Counted from the stretch's first letter, positions 52,863 through 63,029 are shown. The stretch: 63,350 bases of DNA from Acidimicrobiia bacterium (GCA_041591895.1 JBFHRE010000002.1:1-63350); one strand, 5' to 3'. The notes: a model not told the origin generated them from the letters alone. Program-made: numbers and translations.

Positions 52863-55800
52863 CCCAGGATTTCACCCAGAATTCCGCGACCCCATCTCCG
52901 ATCGAGCTCTCACCCGAGCAGGAGGCCATCGTTGCCGCGCCACTCCACTCCTTTCGGGTGGCAGCAGGAGCAGGGACCGGAAAGACATTCACCGTCGCCC
53001 ACCGGGTGGCTCACCTGGTTCGAGAAGGTCTCGTGGAGCCCGAGGAAGTCCTGGGGATGACCTTCACCAACAAGGCGGCCGAGGAGCTCGCCGACCGGAT
53101 ACGGCTCGTTCTCGCCGATGAAATCGACGATGACCGGGCGATCTCGATTCACACCTACCACGGGTTCGCCTCGGATCTCCTGCGGGAGTTCGGCGCCTTG
53201 GTGGGCGTCGAACGATCCACCGAGTTGGTCACTCCCACATTCGCCCGCCAGATCATGGCCGACATCCTTTCTGCGACCCCGATCGGCGGGATCGATGTGA
53301 CATCGCCGGTTGCCGTCGAGTATTCCCTGCATCTCGCGGCCCAGATGGCAAACAATCTCGTCGATGACCTCGACCACCCGGACGAGGACTCGGACATTTC
53401 CCTGATCCGGCGGGGCTATGCCCACGCGGTCGCCCTCTACCGGGCGGAGAAGCGCCGCTTGAAGGTGATCGACTACGGAGACATGATCGCCTACGCCCAC
53501 CAGCTCCTGAACCAGCACCACCCGATCGTCGAAGCCGTGCGCAGCCGGTATCGGGTGGTGGTGCTCGATGAGTACCAGGACACCGACCCCGCCCAGCGAG
53601 AACTGCTCAGGCTGCTGTTCGGAGATTCTGTCCCGGTCATGGCCGTCGGTGACGAGGACCAGACCATCTACGAGTGGCGAGGAGCGTCTCTCGACAACTT
53701 CCGGGCATTCCCCGAGCACTTTCCGAACCCCGACGGTCCGGCCCCCACCAGACTGCTGACGCTCAATCGGAGATCGGCTCCGGAGATCCTCGATCTCGCC
53801 AACGAGGTTCGGTCCCTCATCGACGACGAGCCTCGACCGCACCTGAGGCCCCTGCCAGAAACGGCCCGAGGAACCGTGCGCCGGGCCCGACTCGGGACTT
53901 CGGTAGACGAGGCGTCGTGGATCGCGTCCGACATCCTCGAGCGGCACGGGGACGGACACGCGTTCTCCGATATGGCCATCCTCTTCCGAAAGAACCGGAG
54001 CATGCTGGTAGTCCACCAGGCCCTCTCGAGAGCGGGGGTGCCGTTTCAAGTCGCCAACCTGGGCGGGCTTTTGTCGGTGCCGGAAGTGGTCGAGCTTCAC
54101 TCCTGGCTTCGCATCCTGGAACGGCCGACCGACGGACCGGCAGCGGTCAGGGTGCTCACCGGCAGCAGTTACCGGCTCGGACTCGGCGATCTGGGCTCGC
54201 TCGCCCGCTGGGTCCGCAGGCACGATGACGACGACCTCCCATTTGGCTTTCTGGAGGCGGTCGACCACCTGGACGACGTCGATCTCGCGGACGAACCGAG
54301 ACGGCGGCTGACCCGCTTTCGAGACACGTACCGCCGCCTCCTCACGGCTGCCCAAGGCCTCTCGCTGGTCGAGGTCTGTCGAAGCGTCCTCGACGAGACC
54401 CACGCCTGGACCGACCTCGAAGTCATGGACCGGGCCGCCGGCCTGTCGGCTCGTCTCAACCTCTATCGATTCCTCGACATGGCAGAGAGCTGGAGCCCGC
54501 TCGATGGGAGGCCGTCACTGGGAGCATTCCTGGACTACCTCGACCTCATGGCGGACAATCCGGCCGAGGAACTCGATGTCGCCCGGATCGCAGTGGCAGA
54601 CGCCGTTTCGTTGATCACGGTGCATCGGGCCAAGGGTCTCGAGTGGCCGATCGTCTACCTCCCCGCGATGGCCGCCGGCACCTTCCCCACCACGACCCGG
54701 TTCGACGATCCGTTCTGCAAACCGCAGTCCCTCCCATTGGAGCACCGACTCGACCGAAGTTCGTTTCCGCCCATCAAGGCCGACATGAAAGACGACGACC
54801 GCCATGCCCTCCTACGGCATCAGCACCTATCGCAGGAACAGCGTCTCTTCTACGTGGCCGTGACCCGGGCCAAGACCGCACTGATCTTGACGTCGGCGCA
54901 TTGGTACGGCGGCGATCGGCCAAATGTGCGACCGTCGCCGGCGAGTCCGTTCTGGGAACAGGCCGTGCCCTATGCGACCCCTGTGGTGGATGTCTCCGAG
55001 GCGCCGGACCGACCCGAGACCCTCGGCGACCTCGACGAGGACACGCCGACACCCGACCCGCTGTTCACGGACGGCTGGGCAGAACCGCTCCGTCGACACT
55101 CGGACGAAGGTGGGTTGTCGCGCCGCGCCGCAGACCTCGGCGTCGAAGATGCCTACCGTCGTCACGTGTCCACCTACGAGCAGCTCCTCCTCGACCTACC
55201 GGTGCAGGTGCCGGTCGAAGACCCGAGCCACATCGACACCTCCGTCACCGGTCTCGTGACCTACTCGGCCTGTCCCCAACGGTATTTCTGGTCGCATGTC
55301 GACCGCCTTCCTCGACGGCCGCAGGCCGCCGCCCGCCGCGGTGTGCGGGTGCATCGCCAGATCGAGCTCCACAATCTCGGTGTGGTCCCACTCACGGACG
55401 AGACCGACCTCGAGGACGACTTCGATCCCGGCTGGGAAGGTTCCCCGGGAACCGATCCGTTCACCAACTACCGGTCGTCGAGATTCGCCGAAACGAAACC
55501 GGTTCTGGTGGAGATGCCATTCGAGCTCCGAGTCGCCGACAACGTGTGGGCCAAAGGAAGGGTCGACGCAATCTACGCCGGCGACCGCTGGGAGGTGGTC
55601 GACTTCAAGACCGGACGCCCTCGCCCCGAGTCCGAGCACCTTCTGGTTCAGCTGCAGGCATACTCATTGGCGGTGATCGATGCGGGCATTCTTCCCGAGC
55701 CTGCACCCGAACTCCGCGCCGGATTCGTGTACCTGGGTGGGGACGGCATCGTCGAGCAATCCCACATCGTGGACAGGCCGTGGCTCGACAAGGCCCGCAA

Positions 55801-55921
55801 TCGCCTCGCGGAACTGGCCGACGGACTCGTCTCACGGCGTTACGAGCCGACTCCCAGCGACTCCTGCCGGCATTGCGACTTCATCGAGGTCTGCCCAGCC
55901 GGGAGAGAGTTCCTGGCATGA
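52859..55921 (+). CDS. adnB: UvrD/PcrA-like helicase with C-terminal RecB-type nuclease (AdnB-like subunit)
   Basis: ATGA overlap with the upstream gene. AGAGTGKTFTV Walker A, VVLDEYQDTDP, TVHRAKGLEW, C-terminal SACPQRY...GRVDAIY...WEVVDFKTGR...CRHCDFIEVC. 1020 aa. Confidence 0.75.
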   Translation: MTQDFTQNSATPSPIELSPEQEAIVAAPLHSFRVAAGAGTGKTFTVAHRVAHLVREGLVEPEEVLGMTFTNKAAEELADRIRLVLADEIDDDRAISIHTYHGFASDLLREFGALVGVERSTELVTPTFARQIMADILSATPIGGIDVTSPVAVEYSLHLAAQMANNLVDDLDHPDEDSDISLIRRGYAHAVALYRAEKRRLKVIDYGDMIAYAHQLLNQHHPIVEAVRSRYRVVVLDEYQDTDPAQRELLRLLFGDSVPVMAVGDEDQTIYEWRGASLDNFRAFPEHFPNPDGPAPTRLLTLNRRSAPEILDLANEVRSLIDDEPRPHLRPLPETARGTVRRARLGTSVDEASWIASDILERHGDGHAFSDMAILFRKNRSMLVVHQALSRAGVPFQVANLGGLLSVPEVVELHSWLRILERPTDGPAAVRVLTGSSYRLGLGDLGSLARWVRRHDDDDLPFGFLEAVDHLDDVDLADEPRRRLTRFRDTYRRLLTAAQGLSLVEVCRSVLDETHAWTDLEVMDRAAGLSARLNLYRFLDMAESWSPLDGRPSLGAFLDYLDLMADNPAEELDVARIAVADAVSLITVHRAKGLEWPIVYLPAMAAGTFPTTTRFDDPFCKPQSLPLEHRLDRSSFPPIKADMKDDDRHALLRHQHLSQEQRLFYVAVTRAKTALILTSAHWYGGDRPNVRPSPASPFWEQAVPYATPVVDVSEAPDRPETLGDLDEDTPTPDPLFTDGWAEPLRRHSDEGGLSRRAADLGVEDAYRRHVSTYEQLLLDLPVQVPVEDPSHIDTSVTGLVTYSACPQRYFWSHVDRLPRRPQAAARRGVRVHRQIELHNLGVVPLTDETDLEDDFDPGWEGSPGTDPFTNYRSSRFAETKPVLVEMPFELRVADNVWAKGRVDAIYAGDRWEVVDFKTGRPRPESEHLLVQLQAYSLAVIDAGILPEPAPELRAGFVYLGGDGIVEQSHIVDRPWLDKARNRLAELADGLVSRRYEPTPSDSCRHCDFIEVCPAGREFLA

Positions 55922-56532
55922 CGTGGCTCACGGGTCTCGTGATGGTGGTCGGTGGATACCTCTGGGGTTCGATCCCTACTGCCAACGCCATCGCACGGCT
56001 CCGAGGCATCGACCTTCGCGAGTCGGGTAGCGGCAACCCGGGAGCCAACAACGCAAGGAGACTCGGCGGCGCCCGCCTCGGCGTCACCGTCCTGCTGGTC
56101 GAGGTGGCGAAGGGCTTCGTCGCGGTCTTGGCCGCCTCCAGGCTGGCGGGTGATTGGTTTGGAGCGGCTGCGGGGGCCGCTGCCGTCGCCGGTAACGTCG
56201 TCAATCCGTGGTACCGGTTCCGAGGCGGCCAGGGACTGGGGATCGCGGCCGGTGTGCTCCTCGCCGGTTCGCCCTCGTCGGCCGGCATCGGAATCATCTC
56301 CGCCGCCGTCACTGCGGCCGCCTTCCATTCCTCACCGGCCGGAGGGCTCGGCGGGTTGGTCGGGGCGGCGGTCGGCCTAATACTCCCGACCGGGTGGGGG
56401 TTGGAAGAAGGTCCGGCGCGATGGCTCGTTGCGCTTTTGCTGGCGGTCGTTGCGCCGAGACAGATCCGCAACCTGCGGCGCGACCTTGCTGTCAGACGAT
56501 CCGCCCGCCAACCGTCTCGAGCAGGATCGTGA
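55918..56532 (+). CDS. plsY: glycerol-3-phosphate acyltransferase PlsY
   Basis: ATGA overlap with adnB. YLWGSIPTANAIARLRGIDLRESGSGNPGANNA motif. Only the last 204 codons of track ORF 54643..56532. Confidence 0.9.
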   Translation: MTWLTGLVMVVGGYLWGSIPTANAIARLRGIDLRESGSGNPGANNARRLGGARLGVTVLLVEVAKGFVAVLAASRLAGDWFGAAAGAAAVAGNVVNPWYRFRGGQGLGIAAGVLLAGSPSSAGIGIISAAVTAAAFHSSPAGGLGGLVGAAVGLILPTGWGLEEGPARWLVALLLAVVAPRQIRNLRRDLAVRRSARQPSRAGS

Positions 56533-56947
56533 CCGGACCATCGTTGACGATCTCGACCTTCATCGTCGCTCCGAACACTCCGGTCTCGACCACAAACCCT
56601 TCGTCCCTCAGAGCGCCGACCAATTCATCGAACATGCCACGTGCCGCGGCCGGATCGGCGGCAGCCGTGAACGACGGTCTCCGCCCCCGAACAACGTCGC
56701 CATAGAGCGTGAACTGACTCACCAGAAGAAGCGAGCCTCCTACTTCGGTGAGGGCGCGGTTCATGGCGCCTCGATCGTCCGCGAACACTCGCAAACCGCC
56801 GATCTTCGATGCCATCACCCTCACATCGTCGGGTCCGTCGTCATGGGTGACCCCGACGAGCACGCAAAACCCGGGTCCTATGGCTCCAGCTACCTCGCCG
56901 TCCACCTCGACCGACGCCCGCTCGACTCTCTGGATCACCGCTCGCAT
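56492..56947 (-). CDS. dtd: D-aminoacyl-tRNA deacylase
   Basis: MRAVIQRV..ASVEVDGEV.G.IG.G..VLVGV...D and SQFTLYGD motifs. 151 aa from ATG 56947. Confidence 0.9.
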   Translation of the reverse strand: MRAVIQRVERASVEVDGEVAGAIGPGFCVLVGVTHDDGPDDVRVMASKIGGLRVFADDRGAMNRALTEVGGSLLLVSQFTLYGDVVRGRRPSFTAAADPAAARGMFDELVGALRDEGFVVETGVFGATMKVEIVNDGPVTILLETVGGRIV

Positions 56948-57003
56948 GGTCTGCGATTGTGACATAGGCGCCGGCGACGCCCGGTCAATAGACTCCCGGT
57001 GCG

Positions 57004-59289
57004 GTGTCCTTCCTTCCAGATCCAAGCGTGCCGCTCGGCGAGAGCCCTGAATGGCCGTCCGGTGACGGTCCCTTCGTCCTGCTCGCCGACACGGCATCTC
57101 GATTCGAACGCCGCATCATCGAAGCCTGGGCGCGACAGTCGGCACCGACCGGTCCGGACATCCCCAATCCGGACATCCTTCGTCTCCTTCCTTCCCGCCG
57201 GCGCCGTCCCGGCGACAAGACGGATCCCGCCCTGGCCGCCCGCCTCCGACGGGGAGACGACCCGCTGGTCTTTGCCGCTCGGGTTGTGTGGCTGGCACCG
57301 GAGCGGGCCGGTAACCGGACCGCGCGCTGGGTGGACGTCCTCAAGCTCGGCGATCCCCGCGACCCTGATCCGATCCGCCAGCGTGTGATCTTCGAACGGA
57401 GCCGTGACCGGGTGAGGATCGTCCTCGGCGCACCCGCACGCGCCTCCGAGCTGGTGGCGGCGCACAGCGACGGAGTCGAGATCGCAGGACTGGTCGAATT
57501 CGTCACCACCCGTGCTCATCGAACGCTCGACCGCGCCGAGAGACAACTGCGCGGCAATCGGTACAAGGTGCCGACACTCGTCCACGAGGAGATCCTGGCG
57601 CGCGCCGAATTCCGGGACGGGGTCATGCAGATCGCCGCCGAGACTCAGATGCCGGTCGAGCTGGCCTTTGCCCGAGCTCGTTACTACCTGCGGGAGATCG
57701 CCGCCTCCCACTCCCCTTTCCTGATCGACCTCATCGCCAACGCGATTCACTGGCTGTATACGCAGGGGTACGGGGCCATCCTCTACGACAGCGAAGAGTT
57801 GGCGAGTGTTGCCGCGCTCGCCGAAGAGCATCCGATCGGATTCGTTCCATCCCACCGATCGAATCTCGATCGCTTGAGCCTCCAGTACCTGTTGTGGGAA
57901 AACGACCTTCCGCCGAACCACACGGCAGCCGGAATCAACATGAACTTCTTTCCGGTGGGTCCGCTGATTCGACGGACAGGGGCGTTCTTCATCCGCCGTA
58001 GCTTCCGCGACAAGCCTCTCTACAAATACGTGCTTCGGTCGTACCTCGAATATCTCATCGAGAAGCGCTTCTCGCTCGAGTGGTACATCGAAGGGGGGCG
58101 GTCACGGTCGGGAAAGCTCCTGCCTCCGAAATACGGGATGCTGACCTGGGTGGTCGAGGCGCTCCAGCGCGGCCGGGCGGAAGACTTCTACCTGATCCCG
58201 ACGTCGATCGCCTATGACCAGATCCAGGATGTGGCCTCCTACGCCGCCGAGGCGCAGGGTCAGGCAAAGCAGAAGGAATCTGTGGGGTGGGTGGTCAAGG
58301 CGATACGGTCGCTGAGACGCCGCTACGGAAACATCCATGTTCGGTTCGGCAATCCGATCTCCATCGCCAAGGAGCTCGGCACCGACTTCGAAACCGGGGA
58401 GCACGGAATCGAGAAGTTGGCGTTCACGGTCATGTATCAGGTCGGGCGGATCACGCCCATCACGCCCACGGCGGTCACCTCTATCGCGCTGCTGTGGGAC
58501 GCCGGACGTGCGGCGACCGCAGACACGCTGGCGGAGCGGGCGCGGCGGATCGACGAATACGTCGAGGCCGCCCACCTCCCTACCACGGAGCCGCTGCGGC
58601 TCGAAGACCCTGCCGAGGTCCGCCGGGTCTTACTCCAACTGGCCGAACACGGCTCGGTGACGGTGACCGGGGCGGAGGATGAGGCGTCGTATCACCTCGA
58701 CGCCCATCAGGCTCTTCAGGCGGCGTACTACCGCAACACCATCGTTCACTTCTTCGTCCCCGGAGCAATTGCAGAAATCGCTCTCCTGGCCGCTGGCGAC
58801 GATCCCGAACGAGTGATCCCGGCCGCCCTCGATCTTCGGGACCTCCTCAAATTCGACTTCTTCTTCGCAGACCGGGAGGAGTTCACCGCGCACGTCGAAC
58901 GAGAACTGGCGATGATCGGTGGCGACTGGGCCCAACGGGTGGCCGACGGCGAAGTCATGACACTGCTCGAGCATGCTCCTCTCCTCCGGTCCCACTGGGC
59001 CGTACTTCCCTTCCTCGACGCCTACCAGGTCGTCGCCGACCTGCTGATCGGGGTCGGTGAGGTGACCGACACCAAAGTCTTCCTCAGGTCGTGTCTGGAG
59101 CTGGGGCGCGCGCGGTTGGCAGAGGGCGCTCTGCGTTCCCCTGACGGAGTGTCACAGGTGCTGTTCGCCAGCGGTCTCGAGCTGGCTGCCAACCGAGGCC
59201 TGCTCATCGAGGACGCAGGGCGCGAAACGTTCGCCAATGAGATCGCCCGGGCTCGAGCACGGGCCGGCTCGATCGCCGACCTGGCGTGA
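57004..59289 (+). CDS. plsB: glycerol-3-phosphate 1-O-acyltransferase (PlsB type)
   Basis: 761 aa with acyltransferase motif I VPSHRSNLD, then FFIRRSF and IEGGRSRSGKLL motifs. Confidence 0.85.
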   Translation: MSFLPDPSVPLGESPEWPSGDGPFVLLADTASRFERRIIEAWARQSAPTGPDIPNPDILRLLPSRRRRPGDKTDPALAARLRRGDDPLVFAARVVWLAPERAGNRTARWVDVLKLGDPRDPDPIRQRVIFERSRDRVRIVLGAPARASELVAAHSDGVEIAGLVEFVTTRAHRTLDRAERQLRGNRYKVPTLVHEEILARAEFRDGVMQIAAETQMPVELAFARARYYLREIAASHSPFLIDLIANAIHWLYTQGYGAILYDSEELASVAALAEEHPIGFVPSHRSNLDRLSLQYLLWENDLPPNHTAAGINMNFFPVGPLIRRTGAFFIRRSFRDKPLYKYVLRSYLEYLIEKRFSLEWYIEGGRSRSGKLLPPKYGMLTWVVEALQRGRAEDFYLIPTSIAYDQIQDVASYAAEAQGQAKQKESVGWVVKAIRSLRRRYGNIHVRFGNPISIAKELGTDFETGEHGIEKLAFTVMYQVGRITPITPTAVTSIALLWDAGRAATADTLAERARRIDEYVEAAHLPTTEPLRLEDPAEVRRVLLQLAEHGSVTVTGAEDEASYHLDAHQALQAAYYRNTIVHFFVPGAIAEIALLAAGDDPERVIPAALDLRDLLKFDFFFADREEFTAHVERELAMIGGDWAQRVADGEVMTLLEHAPLLRSHWAVLPFLDAYQVVADLLIGVGEVTDTKVFLRSCLELGRARLAEGALRSPDGVSQVLFASGLELAANRGLLIEDAGRETFANEIARARARAGSIADLA

Positions 59290-59298
59290 ACCAATCCT

Positions 59299-59784
59299 AT
59301 GGACACCGCAATCACCATCGTGATTGGAGTGATCATCGCCGCCGGCGTGGTGGGCACCTTGATCCCCATTCTTCCGGGACCAATCCTGGTCTGGCTCGCC
59401 ACGGTGGTCTACGGACTGCTCACCGGCTTTGACGCCGTGGCCTGGATCTCGTTGGTGGTCATCACCGCCCTGCTGATGGCGGCGATCTACCTTGGGTTTC
59501 GACTACCGCAGCAGTCTGCCGCCTCGGAAGGACTCACGCTCGGAACCCAGCTGTTTGCGGTGGCGCTCGCGGTCATCGGGTTCTTCCTGATCCCGATCGT
59601 CGGAGCCGCCATCGGGTTCGTCACCGGAGTGTGGCTGGTTCGTTATCGCCAGATGAGCAACGTCGCCGCCGCCAATCGATCCACCGTCATGACGCTCAAG
59701 GCGATCTCCAAGGCCGCGATTGCTCAGTTCCTGTGCGCTCTGGGAATGGCCGGGGTCTGGGGAGTATGGGTGCTCACCGGGTGA
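59299..59784 (+). CDS. DUF456 membrane protein
   Basis: GVVGTLIPILPGPILVWLA motif and four hydrophobic helices. 161 aa. Confidence 0.7.
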   Translation: MDTAITIVIGVIIAAGVVGTLIPILPGPILVWLATVVYGLLTGFDAVAWISLVVITALLMAAIYLGFRLPQQSAASEGLTLGTQLFAVALAVIGFFLIPIVGAAIGFVTGVWLVRYRQMSNVAAANRSTVMTLKAISKAAIAQFLCALGMAGVWGVWVLTG

Positions 59785-60919
59785 GAACCCGGCGAAGCCT
59801 CCAGGAAGCGACCAGCAGCAGCCCCGCAGCCATTGCCGCCAGCACCGCCAGCTCTAGACCGATGTCGCCGATTCCGCCGTTGCGAATGACCAATTCGTTG
59901 AAGCCGAGATTCGCCCAGCCGTGGGGGGTGAGTCGCGCAACGACCTGCATGGTGTCTCCGAACAGGTCGAGCGGCAGCATCGAGCCGCCGAGGGCCGCCA
60001 ACCCGATCCCGGCGACCACCCCGACGCTGCCTGCCTGCTGGTCGTTCCGGAACAGGCTCCCGGCAAGCATCGCCGCCCCGGCTCCGACTGCGGAGAACAC
60101 CACGAGGAGAGCGAAGGCACCGAGCGGATCTCCCCAGTCGACGCCGAATCCGGCGGCAGTCACGGCGATGATGTAGAGGCCCTGGGTGAGCACGACCAGG
60201 AACCTCCCGAGGGCCTCCCCGAGCACGATCGTGCTCACTCGCGTCGGCGAAGCCAGCATCCGCCGGCTCACACCCAACTGACGGGTCTGGATGAGTGCAG
60301 CGGACCCTGTCAGGCCAGTGAGGAACATGAAGAGGACGAGCTGGCTCGACGCTCCGATGTCGAACCGCCCGAGATCGGCCGGGAACAATGCCGAGCCCGC
60401 CGTGACCGTGGTGACATCGATCGGCCGAACGGTCGACCGAGCCGTGGCAACGGCCGCCTCGGCGGTGGCCATCTCGGCGCCTTGGGACACCGCCCATCCA
60501 ACGGCCCCAGGCTCGATCGACGCAACCGCCACGGCCCGTTCCACCACCGCTCGGAACTGAGGGCCCTGACCGTCGGGGCGGGCGACGAATGAGATCGCCG
60601 GCGGGTCCCCGGACACGAGACCTGATCGCAAGCCTGCGGGCAACACGACTCCCGCCGAGAGGTCTCCACGCTCGACGGCTGCGATCAAGGCGGCCTCGCT
60701 GTCGAAGGTCCGAGGATCGTCGAGCAATTCGATGACGTCCACCGCCACCGGGTCCGACTCGTCTGCCACGTACGCTCCGATGCGGGCCGGAGGATCTCCA
60801 CCGAACTGGGCACCGATGAGCAGCACGATCCCGATCGGAAGGATGAACACGAAGAAGATGTTCGAGCGCTCACGGAGGAATCGTTTGAGATTGGCTCCGG
60901 CGATGGCGAGCGCTCTCAT
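59774..60919 (-). CDS. ABC-2 type transporter permease
   Basis: N-terminal TM, large extracytoplasmic loop, five C-terminal TMs. ATGA-coupled to the upstream permease gene. Confidence 0.75.
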   Translation of the reverse strand: MRALAIAGANLKRFLRERSNIFFVFILPIGIVLLIGAQFGGDPPARIGAYVADESDPVAVDVIELLDDPRTFDSEAALIAAVERGDLSAGVVLPAGLRSGLVSGDPPAISFVARPDGQGPQFRAVVERAVAVASIEPGAVGWAVSQGAEMATAEAAVATARSTVRPIDVTTVTAGSALFPADLGRFDIGASSQLVLFMFLTGLTGSAALIQTRQLGVSRRMLASPTRVSTIVLGEALGRFLVVLTQGLYIIAVTAAGFGVDWGDPLGAFALLVVFSAVGAGAAMLAGSLFRNDQQAGSVGVVAGIGLAALGGSMLPLDLFGDTMQVVARLTPHGWANLGFNELVIRNGGIGDIGLELAVLAAMAAGLLLVASWRLRRVLTR

Positions 60920-62094
60920 GGCTTCACCGTCCTACCGACGAGCGGGAGGCCGACCACCAGGAACAGCGCGGCCATACCCAGCAGGACACCGATCGCCGGA
61001 AGACCCTCGGCGACACTGCCACCGCTCATGTCCGCCAAACCCCTGAGGAACCATGCGTTTGGGGTGGCGAGGCTGAGTCGCGCCAACCAGCCGCCATCCT
61101 GGGAAATCGGCACGAAGGTGCCACCCAGCATTGCGAATGCGACACCGACGATCGATTGCAGATTGCCGGCCTGCTCGGCCGACTTCACAGCCGACCCTAC
61201 GACCGACATGATCGAAACCGCGGCCAGGACAGCAGCACCGATCATCGCCAGGGCCCCGATCGGGGGACCCCAGTCCGCGCCCATGATCAGAGTCGAGGCC
61301 ACCATCAGCACGGCCATCGAGCCGAAAGCCAGGACGATCGACGCGAGCGCCTTGCCAAGCAGCACCGTTCGCGCTCGGAGCGGGGCTGCGAGCAGCCTTC
61401 CCAGGGTTCCCCCGGTCCGCTCTTCGAGCATCGAAGTGGTGCCCAGGCCTGCGATGAAGAACATGAAGAACACCGAAAGTCCGGCCACGAAGTACGTCGC
61501 AGAATCGAGTTGCCGGGTTTCGGCAGTGATGTCTCGCACCTCGGCTGGAGCGGTGATGGCGCCGGCGTCAGCCAGCACGGAGGGGATGTCGGCAGGAGTG
61601 ATGACCCCGGTTCCGATCCCCGCGCCGATGGCCACCGAGATCGCTTCCACCCCGACCGTGAACCGGTCGGCGATTGCGGATGCGATTGCGACCGCGGTCG
61701 GGGAGTCCACATCCCCGATGACCTGGATCGCTCCTCCGTCACCGGCGTTCGCTTGCTGAGACAGGCCGGCCGGCAAGACGTACGCGGCACTCACCTCGCC
61801 GTCCTCCACCGCGGCCCGAGCCTCGTCCGGCGAGCCGTACCGGGTCACCTCGAGCAATCCTCCGTTCTCGAGCGATGCGACCACGTCGCCAAATGCAGCA
61901 GCGACGTTTCCGCCATCCTCGTCGACGACGCCGACCGGGATCGTCACCACGACCCCGGCGTCCGAAAACGCGCTCCCGAACACTGCGTTGAAGATGAACG
62001 CCAGCACCAACGGGGCGACCACCCCGATGATGATGACGCTCTTGTCGCGGATCCGAAGAGACAGGTCTTTCCGGGCGATCAGCCAGGCAAGCAT
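60916..62094 (-). CDS. ABC-2 type transporter permease
   Basis: Same architecture as 59774..60919 (paralogous pair). The start overlaps the ATPase stop by 1 nt. Confidence 0.75.
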   Translation of the reverse strand: MLAWLIARKDLSLRIRDKSVIIIGVVAPLVLAFIFNAVFGSAFSDAGVVVTIPVGVVDEDGGNVAAAFGDVVASLENGGLLEVTRYGSPDEARAAVEDGEVSAAYVLPAGLSQQANAGDGGAIQVIGDVDSPTAVAIASAIADRFTVGVEAISVAIGAGIGTGVITPADIPSVLADAGAITAPAEVRDITAETRQLDSATYFVAGLSVFFMFFIAGLGTTSMLEERTGGTLGRLLAAPLRARTVLLGKALASIVLAFGSMAVLMVASTLIMGADWGPPIGALAMIGAAVLAAVSIMSVVGSAVKSAEQAGNLQSIVGVAFAMLGGTFVPISQDGGWLARLSLATPNAWFLRGLADMSGGSVAEGLPAIGVLLGMAALFLVVGLPLVGRTVKP

Positions 62095-63029
62095 CAGTCG
62101 CGAAGCGCCTTCCCCGTGAGATGGAGGAACACGGCTTCCAGGTCCGGCTCCTCCACGGCGACCGCGCTCACGGTCACGTCCGAAGCCACGAGATCGGCCA
62201 TGACCCGTGCGAGCACCGCCCCGGCGTCCTGCACCAGGAGCTCGAGACCTTCCTCGGCCACGGACACCTCCTCGACCCCCGGAATCAGCTCGAGGCGGGT
62301 TGCACCGCTCTGGAGGTGCCCCGTGGCCGTCACCCTGATCCGATCGCGCTGGCCGACCAACTGAACCAACTCCCGGCGAGTCCCTTCCGCTCGTACCTCA
62401 CCCTGGTCGATGATTCCGACCCGATCGCACAGTCGTTCGGCCTCCTCCATGTAGTGGGTCGTATACAGAACCGCCATCCCCTCGGCGGACAGGTGCTCGA
62501 CACTCTCGAGGATCGCGTTTCGAGATTGGGGGTCCACACCCACGGTTGGCTCGTCGAGAATCAACAGGCGTGGATGGTGAAGCAGTCCGATTCCGATGTT
62601 CAGCCGGCGTTTCATCCCGCCTGAGAACTCTGCGGCCCGATCGTCGGCTCGCTCGGTCAGCCCGATCACCGCCAACACCTCCGAGACCCGATCGGACAGA
62701 GACCGGGGCTCCATCCCATGCAGACGACCGAAGAAGCGCAGGTTCTCGCGGGCTGTGAGGTCTGGATAGATCGCCAGGTCTTGCGGGACCAAGCCGACGT
62801 GCCGCTTCGGGGCAATCGACCGGGTGGTCATGGGCTCGCCCGATAGCTCGATGGTGCCGGCGTCGGCATCGAGCAACCCGGCGATCATCGAGATCGTGGT
62901 TGTCTTCCCGGCCCCGTTCGGCCCCAGCAAACCGTACGTCTCGCCGGGCTCGATCGCGAAACTCACCCCTCGCACTGCATCGATCTCGTCGAACGACTTC
63001 CTCAGCCCGTGGACCGAAACAACCGACAC
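62094..63029 (-). CDS. ABC transporter ATP-binding protein (ABC-2/drug-exporter type)
   Basis: GLLGPNGAGKTTTI Walker A, FSGGMKRRLNIGIGLL signature, LILDEPTVGVD Walker B. GTG 63029 is preceded by GAGAGGGG. The longer track ORF extension looks non-coding. Confidence 0.85.
   Translation of the reverse strand: MSVVSVHGLRKSFDEIDAVRGVSFAIEPGETYGLLGPNGAGKTTTISMIAGLLDADAGTIELSGEPMTTRSIAPKRHVGLVPQDLAIYPDLTARENLRFFGRLHGMEPRSLSDRVSEVLAVIGLTERADDRAAEFSGGMKRRLNIGIGLLHHPRLLILDEPTVGVDPQSRNAILESVEHLSAEGMAVLYTTHYMEEAERLCDRVGIIDQGEVRAEGTRRELVQLVGQRDRIRVTATGHLQSGATRLELIPGVEEVSVAEEGLELLVQDAGAVLARVMADLVASDVTVSAVAVEEPDLEAVFLHLTGKALRD

Noticed and set aside
54643-55917. Upstream 425 codons of track ORF 54643..56532 (629 aa).
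   Set aside because: This is a shadow frame inside the adnB-like gene with Arg/Pro-rich composition. Only the part from ATG 55918 matches PlsY.
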